Shown in pieces: positions 50,661-64,000 of a stretch of 64,000 bases of DNA. The DNA comes from Chlorokybus atmophyticus. Taxonomy: Eukaryota > Plantae > Mesostigma and Chlorokybus algae. Numbering within the stretch: the first letter of the stretch is position 1; each line of letters starts with the position of its first letter. Position numbers and translations under genes: made by a program. The notes below the pieces were generated by a model that saw nothing but the letters and a program-made list of their open reading frames with translations, ran no database searches and had not been told where the DNA came from. The stretch spans positions 124,001-188,000 of the forward strand of contig RHPI01001116.1 in assembly GCA_009103225.1 (NCBI GenBank), given 5' to 3'.

Positions 50661-52959
50661 GGTCGGCCGTCGACATATATTACAAGCAGGTCATGACAGG
50701 CAGGCTGCAGTCTATTATATTGTACGATAGGCCATCGGCTGTTGATTGTTATCCACAATATACACCGGCGGTCCAGTCAGTCCCTTTATGGCCCAAGTCG
50801 TTAAGATTAGATACGGTCAGGTAGGGTCAGGCACTCGTCAGTCCCTCGGTCCATGATTAGTCACCGTGTAAAATCTGCGACGATTTTGCATTCCACCAAC
50901 ATTTTTCAATTTTTCAAGCTTCAATGACATGTGAATGCATGATAGCACTCATCGAGCTGATTGACACACAAATGTTGCATGGCATAAAAAGGAAGTGCAT
51001 GAGTATATAAACAATGTATATAATGTTATCATGGTATTCAACACCATCAAAAATCTTGCCGATACGTGCGCACATTAATATGTGTTGTTTATTTTAAGAA
51101 AACAAAACTCCTCAATAAACAGTTTAAATGCATTGCAAGGCCACTTGCCTTTGATATGTGGAAGTACGCTTCGTTTTTTTTCCGTTACACATCGAGTCAT
51201 GCTGGACTATCAGTGATGGCATGTATGAATTGATTGCGTGCTGCATTAATAACCAATCAAGGCATTACTTTTTTCATATTGTTTCAACATTTGCTTTTTT
51301 GTGTGTACAGCACGTTGCATAATTAGCAATTCAATACAATCTCAAGGCCCTACAATGCAGTCTGTATATATAAGTACATAAAAATGATAAGTGTCCAAAA
51401 AATAATAATTGTTAGTGTATTGTTGATATGACCATTTGCCATAGCACTTGGATTGTGTAAACAAGTTTCAAACAATGCATACGACAAGCTTGAAGTGGAC
51501 TCAATGTGCAACATGCAAAATTGCCTTTTTAAACATAAAATTTCATTATAATAGATTTAACAATACCGGCGGTAACTTACTGCTAGTTTTTATGCCGATC
51601 AATCACTCTAGCGAGCAACGTGCCCATCTCTTGTTAGCAGCCAAGCTGAGCCACTGGTCCATGTATCAAGTTTGAATGCATTGATAATGGTCTTGTTTCA
51701 TACATAATGTATAGGGCGCAGCTTGACTGCTTCGCTAATGCTATGCTGATTTTACCAAGGTGCCGCAAAAAAAGAGATCCGCAATGTTGGCAATGAGCAA
51801 ATCTCCCGCTTCTCGCCAAATTGCATGTTAAAGTATAATAGTAACCTTCTGCAAACTTATACACGTTTGCACGCATGGCTTTATGTTGGTGGCGTGTGTG
51901 CGCCGCTTCTACACATGATACATTTATGGTGTAACACGTGTAATCAGATTTAATAAAATTTCATATAAGGATTGGTTTAAGTTTTCGTATATACAACTTG
52001 TGTACCTTGTTTAACTACATGACAACCATTTACATTCAACCACAATAAACTTGTAATGTCACCCTTATCATTGCAACCATAGCCGTTATCGATTTGGAAA
52101 TGCCACATTGTGAGTTAATAGCGGCTTATTGGGAGCTTGCAAACGACGCAAGGTGCCGGCGAGGTTTTCCCACGGAGTTTCCATCACATCCGCCAAGAGC
52201 AGTGTACCAGTTGCTACTGTAACTTGAATAGATGATGGATGAGTGTACAGCCCTAGGGGTTGCACCGCACGGTTCATACGGTCAAACTTGGACCCCAGTG
52301 CAATCATCCCCCAACCGACACTGCAAAGCGTTGGTAACGTCGCTTTGGATGTGTACATCCACCCATGCGTGAGTATCCCAATCACGCAAGCAGAACTCAC
52401 TTCACGCATGATTGGGTACGGTTCGCATGCTCAACTTCTTCTTGATTTTTAATCTACTGTTGCGGGTCTTCGGTACGAACGGGCGCCCGTTCGCAGCTTA
52501 CCGACATGGACCAGACGGTTTTCGGGAGTTCAACTGAGTTGAACTGAGTTCCGTTCGGTCCATGTGGGGTAGAAGATCAATCGCAAAACCGACAAACAAA
52601 CGGCTGACCGCTGCGGGGCGGTAAATTAACCGGTATCGGTGCGACGGCAGTGCAGGGTACAACACTCTACGCTTAAGGTGTATAACAGACCAATACCGCT
52701 CACATTACCAACTTACGACCGGAAGGCTTTGCCTCGCGGTTACGATTGGCCCCCAATTTAGCCCTCCGTGCTACGTCATTTGTGGCTGACAAGCAGAGCA
52801 AACGGGCATTGCACTGCACTGACAGTCACTGCAGTGCAGTGGCTGTCATCAAGCTCAAGGCGGGTCAGATACACTGAGCGCCGCAGGATCGCCGCGTAAC
52901 TTGCATCGGATCGCGAGTAGCTTGCATCTGCCGTAACTGAAGAGCGAGGCTTGGGCGGT

Positions 52960-53950
52960 ATGGAGCCGTTGTGCGGTTTGAAACCAGTGAAACGGAGACT
53001 GGCCTGTTTGAATGCGGCGTACAAGTACCCGGCTTCAGACCTCAGCAGACTGCACAGCCAAACAGGCGAGGTGGGGTGTGTTTCTCGGCGGCAGCAGCAG
53101 CAGCAGCAGCAGCGTCAGTGTCAGCAGCGGTGTGTGTGTCTGTGTGGAGTTGGACCTTGTGTGAAGAGCCTCCTACCAGTCCTCAGCTCAGTCCTCCAGC
53201 AAGGCGCTGGTTGACTTGCGCCTGCTCCGCCTCACTCCTTTTGCAGAAAGATGGTGAATACAATGGCGTCTGGAAGGGATGTGTGCTCCTCGGAGTGCGT
53301 GTGCGCCAGCTGCTCATCCGGTAGCAGGTCCAACAGCAGCAGCGGCAGCGGCAGCAGCCGGCGGTCCAGTGGCGACGGTGCATTCAACACAACAGCCGCT
53401 AGATCGCCCAGCAGAAAAGCCTCCAGCGCTGCCTTTGGCACTGGTAAGCAGCTGCAACGTCCTGCTATTGTTGAGACAGTAGTGTTTGCACGCATTGTTG
53501 TGCGACCTTTGTGTATGATACAAGGAGTTCTGGAACTCTCTTGTTTTTTGGCTAGTAGTTTTTTTAAGGGTTGAATGAAGGTGAAAATACCTGTTCTGTC
53601 CAGCAGCGTCTAACATTATTGGCATTTGCGCAGGCATGGATGCAGAGTACTATACGCGGTCATCGCCCTGCAAGGCGTGGAACTGCGACATCTGTCTATC
53701 GCGCAACCCCAATGGTGCCGAGAAGTGCCGGCGATGCGGTTTCTCTGCTGCTGTAGTGGAGGCCAATGAAGAAAGCCCCTGCCAGCTGAGCCAGGCTGAG
53801 CGCCAGCGGTGCCACAGAAGGACCAGCGCAGACATGCTGGAAACAAGAAAGGTGATCACTTCACGCCAGAGGAGTGTCCCGCACATGCTCCGTGCACACG
53901 ACGCCTTCTCACTGCAGCATTCCGTGTCCATGCTTCCCGTTTCCGGCTGA
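52960..53950 (+). CDS. Small protein with one RanBP2-type zinc finger; 3 exons
   Basis: WNCDICLSRNPNGAEKCRRCG equals W-x-C-x2-C-x3-N-x6-C-x2-C. Upstream Gln- and Ser-rich exons join in consistent phases. Confidence 0.68.
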
Positions 53951-54399
53951 ACGAATTGGCAAACATCGGGTATGAACATCACCCTCACACTGCGTAGTAG
54001 CACATCAGCCACGGTACACTAGCCACAACAGCTAGTAGTGTAGACACTTGTTACAGTTGCCAGTAAGCTGTTCCTCTCCTCTTCTGCGCTTGCACAAACC
54101 AAGGGTCGACCACAAATGCACGCCGCTGACATCATGTGGTCCCCATCTTCCCAATGCTTTCCGGGCAAAGCACCTGGTAGAGGGCGGCTGAAGTTGTTTC
54201 CGTAGCTCTGGTTGTTCCCGTTTCGCCGCCGATGCAGTTGTTAGCTCAATTGCTTACACAGTCTTTTCATAAGGCAGGCTAGCCTACTGTTGTAAGAATG
54301 GAGAATATCAGTTCACCATTGTGAACCGATACGCATACAATACAATGCTGTGCTACAACCAAATGTCTCTATGCTGGCTCTGCTATGTTGTTATCTTTT

Positions 54400-54484
54400 G
54401 GGTTGGCGCCGTGTCTGGGTTGGCGCCGTGTCTGGCGCCGTGTCTGGCCGTGTCTGGCGCCGTGTCTGGGTTGGCGCCGTGTCT
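54400..54484. repeat. Imperfect tandem array of (GGGTT)GGCGCCGTGTCT abutting repeat copy 2
   Basis: Six units of 10-17 bp sharing CCGTGTCT. Confidence 0.9.
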
Positions 54485-54820
54485 GCTGCAGCTTGCGCAG
54501 CATAGCTTGTTTTGTGCATGCATCCTTCAACCATATACTACCTGACGAAAACTAAAGTTTGCTATTACCACCAAACTCGCTTATTGTCATTGAATGTTGT
54601 TTGAATGTGTGCTACGGTAGCACTGCTACCCCCCTAACGTTGTACCCTTTACTTTCCCATCTTTTTCGCAAGTGTTCTATGCAAATGCAAGATAGTTCCA
54701 TTGCTCTTGTATTATATAATGTTGACTGTGGCTAGAAGAGTAGCCGCTCCAATCCAATTTCAAGTTCTATATTTCATCACTTTACACATAAGACAATATA
54801 TACATATGGTGATTTGAGCC
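54475..54820. mobile_element. Dispersed 346-bp repeat, copy 2, immediately 3' of CLP1
   Basis: Identical to 34258-34603; bounded by the tandem array on the left and a C run on the right. Confidence 0.7.
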
Positions 54821-54927
54821 CCCCCCCCGCGAATGGACATTGCTGCTGTTTTAACAGTCACAACTTCAGTACACGTAGCATTGGACTCGGCACTGTGACC
54901 AATGCAAGTCGAGTGAACCCCTGAGAA

Positions 54928-57900
54928 TCACTCCAGCCATGCTAGCGAGCCCACTATTAGAGTGTTTGAAGGCAAGTTGCCTGGAGATGGTGCCAGTACT
55001 GTCATCTGTTGCCTGCAGAATGCCAACAGCCCTTGTGAATAACAGACAACACAGCCATGACACCACGCACAAAGTAAGACCACGTACATACGTATGATTC
55101 CCATCCTGAATTGCACACAAGTACCAATGCCAAGACCAATCACCAAGTCGCTCGTGCACAACAAGTGCTAAGAGCAACCATACCCAAACAGACGACATTT
55201 TGTCAGTCAACATCTGTGGGGCATACCTCTCCAGGTTGATGTCGGCGACATAAACAAAGCCCGCGACATTGCTGGAAAAAACTGTATATATCAGCAAAGC
55301 AAATGCAAGAGGAGTCCGCAGACACAGCTGTCGGTGTCTGCGGACCCACACAGCTGTTGTCCAAAGCGAGCTGCACACACCTTTTGAGAACTGCATCGGC
55401 ACCCTCAGCGTGCGATACGCCCAGTATACAATGCAACAGCTCTCTGTTTGGCACCGCCTTCACGACGCGCACCGGGTCTGCCGTTGGCGCTGCACCAATC
55501 GGCAGAGCGCTGCGAGGCGCACTTGGACCTGAGCAAGCAAATGGAAGCAGTCTCAGCTGTGCTATGAATGTGGAAACTTTGTGTCATGTACTGGCATGGT
55601 TAGCTTAAGCACGGGCGCAGACCAGCAAGATGTGCTGTATCAAGCAAGTGCATTTAGCTTAGACAAAGGTCGTAGCGTACCGCCACCAATGCGATAGAGG
55701 TTGACATCAGTCAGAGAGATGATGGTGGAGTGTGGGCACAGGTCGCCTTTGGGACCGTAAAAATACTCTCGTATGCGTGCATTCCTGCTCTGCTGGCGAA
55801 AGCGAACATCGCGCGTCACGACACCGCCAGACCTGCACAGTAACCTCAGGTCAAACACTGCCAGCATGTCATGAACAAAGACTTGGAGTCCACCACGAAG
55901 CAAAAATAAGGCGCTCTGGCCGTACTGAACTTGGCATATTGGAGTACCTTTGCAGCTTGACAACAGAAACCCTTCTTTGGTTGTTCGCTGTAAGTGTCCC
56001 AAGCAGTTGGCTGTACAGCCTTTCCTGCGAGCCAGAAAGTGTTACATAAGGGTATCCAATCTAGCATTTCAAATGTCTCTAGGCATGCCCCCTCAATGAT
56101 GCAAAGCGACACTTACTTGCCCAATCACCAGCACAACGTCACACTTCAGTGCTTCAATAGCATGTAGTAGCAGCTGCGAAAAGACAACAATGTTGAGTGT
56201 TGAACACAACAAGCAACTTTGTGCAAGACCAAGACGAGCCGAGTTGAAACAGTAACAAACGCGCAAACAGGCACGCTCAACATTGAACCCTGCATACACC
56301 CTTCATGGCAGACACTGTTGAAGGTCATCAACACGCTACTTGCAACAGCCGCTTACCTCGTACCCAAGGCCCTCAACCCAGCCCATAGTGTTCACCACGA
56401 ATCCGGAAGAGCGGGCTTCTTGGTCATCTGCACAGCGCTTCTCCAGAACTTCCGCAAGCTGTTCAACGAGAGTCTTGTACAGTGCAGGGTTGATGCTGCC
56501 AAACCAGTAAGCACTCAATGCTTGTTGTACGTTAATGGCGTCGTCTTATGAAGTTGTGGTTGAGAAGACATATGTGCCAATGGCCATCACGTGACTGTGA
56601 TGCGGGCCGCACGGTGGTGGACTTACTTTGGATCCGCGTGCCCGTAGTAGTACACGAGCGGTGCGTCAAGAGGGTACCCTTCCACCGGATGTGCAGGGAG
56701 CTCAACAGGTGTGGCAGAAATTGTTGCAGGAATGGTTATTGAACCCTGTCCAATGTCCAGATCGACCATGGTTGGCACCGCTTCTGGCAATCACAATCCA
56801 ACATCCATCAGCTGATATGCTGAAGGTGAGTTGCGTGCATGGTGTTGTTGGAAAAGCCACTGGCTACAACAGCTGTGCTGCAAGTACAACTACATCTTGC
56901 TGGCAGCTGCATATAGCTGGCTGTTCTGACACAAAGTCTATGGGTGAACACCCGACATAGACTATGCATCTGTCATAAGATGAGTGTGCCATAGCACATG
57001 CCCTCAACCCAAGATGTAGCTGTCGGAACGCATAGTTCAAGCGTGTTCCAAAAGGGCCACAAGGGAAGGGTAGCAAGCGCGAGGGCGGGGGTGGGGTGGG
57101 GCGTTACTACCTCTCCTGACAGCCCAGTTGCAAAGCATCCGACACAGGCTCGACTTTCCAGCATCGGTTGGGCCAACCACTATCGCACGGGGTCCCTACA
57201 ACAGCATGCTTACAAACACAATTGCAGGCGACTGCATGCTATGCAGTAGCACACACCTTGATACCTGAATTGGGGCGTCCTTGGGTGCAGCACGGGCAGC
57301 GTTGCGCCTTTCCTCAAGCACACCATGCGTGTTGATATACGTGCGCATAGGCGTCTGCAGGCATTGTTGACAGGCTTTACTCAGTTGCACTGGCACTCCA
57401 GCTGGCAGTCGAGCGCTGTCAACACGCATAGCGCACACTACCAATGCCATGGCGCACCTCATTGGCCGCGTAGGCAACCTCGGGTGTGCCGGCCAGCTCC
57501 AGGATTGCACCGGACCATGAGAACACAGCAAGCTTACAAGTTGTGAGCGTAATCTTTTGTGCAGGGGGCAGCTCATAACCGTACGCCTCAGCTGTTCCGG
57601 ACAGAAGTGTCAACTGGCATGTCTGATCCCAACCGACTTCCACCCGCAGCTCCTCCTCTGCATTTAATCGGTACTGCACGAGCAAGTCAACACTGAACGT
57701 TGATGTACGTTGCGAGGATAGCTCACATGACACGCAGTGTTCAATGCATTCACAACTTGAGCCCCACCAAGGGTGTGCCATCAGGTTCATACGTACGACA
57801 AGTATGCAACATGCCAACAACCTATTGTGTCTGACCTAACTGGCACAGCAGTGGCATACTCATCATTGCGTTTTGGCAAATGCAAACATACAAACAATTG

Positions 57901-58175
57901 TGATGTACAATGGGTACGCGCTTTCATTTCACACTGAATGCCATCTAGCATTCCGATTCCGACAGATGCAAATCCACTCATTGCAGTGCAACAAGACCAT
58001 GTCGAACAGCAGTCGCATGGCCATGCAAGTGCCGACATGAGTGAAAAGTTCATCAGTCAACAACTGGAGCAAGACGCCGTAACATCTCAGCCGGCATCAC
58101 ATGTAAGAGCAGTGTGCAAGTAAGTCACACCTGCTTTGAAGGCATAGAGGCGCTGGCTTCAGTGCCAGTGGCCAT
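54928..58175 (-). CDS. CLP1: CLP1 polynucleotide 5'-hydroxyl kinase / pre-mRNA cleavage factor II subunit; multi-exon
   Basis: [34 protein letters not shown], Walker [76 protein letters not shown]. Confidence 0.95.
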
Positions 58176-58993
58176 CGTAGCTTGCTACCAGATGGCAGCC
58201 CACCACCAGAGCAGTGTTACGCTAAATGTACATTATCACACGTTATAACATGGACCCATTACCGCAGCCTCGACAGATAGCTTCGCGTTGACGTCGACGA
58301 CCAGCTCACCGCCATCGCCACCGCTGCCACCGACGTTGCCAACATGCAGGACAGCGGGGTCTATGTAAGCATATTAGGTTTTGCTTGTCAAGGCGAGAGC
58401 AAACCAGGTCGGTCGATCAAGCACAGTGGACCCAATCGGGCAGTCGCTGAAGGACGCGGATCCGAACGCAGAATGCAGAATCCGATCGCGACTGAGAAGC
58501 TTCGCGGTTGGCGTTGTAGCCGAGCCTGGCTTGCTGACGGGGTTATGCGTGCACAGTCCCCGTTAAGCTCTAACTAAACATTGTTTGTGCTGCCGCATCA
58601 GCAGCCGTTGGTTCTGTTCTCGATCAGCAAGACCTTGTTCCTGCCGCAATCCGCACCACTCCGAAACGGTTTCGTTCACAAACTCGATAGCAACCGGTTT
58701 CAGCGGCCAGTCCCGAGCCACGGCTAGCTACCGGTTACATCTGGTTAAGCTGTTGCCTATAATGCCGTTGACTAGGAAGCGTATGTAAAAATCCAGTCTA
58801 CTAACCAGATAAACACAGTCAGCTTGTTGTGTAAGATGGCTACCATGACCGCGGTTGAGCAAGCTTTGGCGGGCAATGACGGAAGCGTCGCTGCGGAGGA
58901 GGCGGCGGTAGCGGCGACGGAAGAGAAGGAGCAAGAGAAGTAGCTGAAGGAAGCTTTCGTTCTGCTGTGCACGTCGCCGCAGCCTTTGTAGCC

Positions 58994-62101
<3,108 letters not shown>

Positions 62102-62274
62102 GTGCGTACGCCATATCATGACTCACCTTGCTCGTATGTGTGAGTCTGAGACATAGTATTCTCGCTGCACATGTGACAGCACAGTGCCGTCTCTGTCAGC
62201 TGGCAGTGACGAAGTGTGGTTCTCCTGCATCAACACGCATGGACGGAGATTGATCTCTGCTTCTGCCTGGACAG

Positions 62275-63919
62275 ACTCGATGGTGCGCGGCCTTCAGCGC
62301 CGCAGTATGGCGTGCGGCCGCTGTGGGAGATGTCGGAGACGCGCTTCCTTATCCAGCTGCGCAGCACGCTGGCCAAAGAGTTCACTACGGTAAAGCGCAA
62401 CAAGGCCCTGTGGGAGCAGATTGCATCGCGCATGGCCGAGCGTGGATACCATCGAACTGCTGACCAGTGCCACATGAAGTGGAAAAACCTTGTTGCACGC
62501 TACAAGGTAAACACCAAAACTTCGCTGCTGCTGCTGCTGCTGCTGCTGTTGCCTGTGACAAGCGGCCTCATCCATTGTTGGATGTGGTGCGCATAACAGG
62601 AAGCAAAGAATGGCAAAGACCGCAAGGTTTGCCCATTCTATGAGGAGATGGAGATGTGCATGAACCAGAAGGCTGCGCTGACTGCTGGTCACGCCTTCAA
62701 CGGCTGGGCACCAGCGGGCACCGCGCAGCAGGCGCACTACGACACCACACCGACCAAACACGACCACAACGACATGGTGCAACCCGCCGGCCCGCCACCA
62801 GGCATGTGACGCGCTGTGTGCGTGTCTTTATCATTTCTCTTATTGGCATGTTGGCGTGCATGCCTCGCTGTTTGAGGAGTCTAGGCAGTAACGGTTGGCG
62901 TGTTTCAGGCTCAGACGCTTTGCCATCAGGCGCCGGTCACGATGACACGCCAGCCGATGCAATGGATGCAGTGAAGATGGATGAGGCTGGCATGCTTGTG
63001 GATGATGGCCAGGGTGATGGGATGGAAGGTGATGCTGCTGTGACGCCCTCAGTAAGTCTACTGCGCTTCTGCCTAAGCAACATGCATTGAGATGCCAGTA
63101 GAAATGAGTAGTAGATGCTGTTGCTAGTGATAATGCCGTGTGACACCCTCATTGGTCAGGCTGCTGTGTTGGAAACGCCGCCGGGATTGGACGGGAAGGG
63201 CGTCTTGAACAGGTCAGAGTTCATCATCATTGCTGCATCAGCTGCATGTTGTTATCAACTGGACAAGTGCTGAAGCGCTGCTATGTAACAAGTGTCTGAT
63301 GGGCATCTCGTTGTCGTGCGTTTAGGTCCCCGCAATGGACGGTTGCGGAAACGACGCAGCTCATAGCGTTGCGAGCGGAGCTGCGGAAAGACTTCAACTA
63401 TGTGAAGCGGAATAAGATGCTGTGGCAGCAGATCGCCAGCCGAATGCAGGAGAAGGGCTACCATCGCACGGCCGAACAGTGCAAGATGAAATGGAAAAAC
63501 CTAGGCGCCAAATACAAGGTGATGATGGATTTCCATGCTCCATGCTGTGGGTTGTAATTTGCCTCATGAACTTATTGCAGTTGCGTCATTCACTCACTCA
63601 CTTGTTCAATTACTCATTGCAGGAAGCAAAAGACAACGATCAGCGATGCCCGTTTTATGATGAACTGGATGCGTACTTCAACGGGCGCACGATGGAGGCC
63701 GGCGAGGGCGCCTTCGCGGACACCGATGATGACTTGTCGGATGGGGGCAGTGACGCCCCCAACAGCCTGGAGGAGCTGGGAGACAAGCAGCTCCAGCACC
63801 ACCATGCGCACCCACAACAGCCGCGCAAGAGGAGGAGGATGGTCCCGGACATCGCGCACGTGCCGGAGCTGTTGGCGGGGCTCATAGAGACTCAACAACG
63901 CTCTGAACAGCGCTGGCAG
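62275..63919 (+). CDS. Tandem GT-trihelix (Myb/SANT-like) DNA-binding domains plus acidic region and start of coiled coil; continues beyond window; probably spliced to DcpS
   Basis: Domain 1: WEMSETRFLIQLR..KRNKALWEQIASRMAERGYHRTADQCHMKWKNLVARYKE..CPFYEEM. Domain 2: WTVAETTQLIALR..RNKMLWQQIASRMQEKGYHRTAEQCKMKWKNLGAKYKE..CPFYDELD. Then RKRRR and LIETQQRSEQRW. Confidence 0.9.
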
Positions 63920-64000
63920 GTACCAGTGTGATCGTAGAAACTGGTGCTACATGACGAATATCAGTTTCTATCAGCTAGCAGTCTTCTGTTGGGGCTTGCG

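Noticed and set aside
54400-54484. Short direct-repeat array considered as CRISPR-like
   Set aside because: No unique spacers, eukaryotic context, no cas genes.

Overview
Eukaryotic nuclear DNA: gene-dense, with many short spliceosomal introns (~70-200 nt), microsatellites and two N gaps. Plastid transit peptides, cilium-associated genes and GT-trihelix domains together suggest a flagellate green alga, probably an early-diverging streptophyte (inference). I assembled about 16 intron-containing gene models by eye, so exon boundaries and some starts are approximate. In order: NAD-IDH regulatory subunit, a head-to-head UPF0193/EVG1 and CFAP73/CCDC42-like pair, an M41-like HExxH plastid protein, an EngB GTPase, a DUF2834-like membrane protein, a SecE-like protein, M17 leucyl aminopeptidase, a Ubl + integrase-repeat protein, an alpha/beta-hydrolase, a GH3-fold protein, a small HSP plus a broken duplicate, a RanBP2-finger protein, CLP1, DcpS and a tandem GT-trihelix region running off the window end. 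Top leads: (1) DcpS appears to splice in frame into two trihelix DNA-binding domains; (2) the membrane-anchored GH3 has both catalytic carboxylates replaced by Ala yet an intact frame; (3) unusual domain architectures (Ubl + INT repeat; transit peptide-aromatic/Gly repeats-TM-alpha-crystallin); (4) an identical 346-bp dispersed repeat with an iterated tRNA-3'-end-like terminus. No rRNA, tRNA or CRISPR array was recognised.
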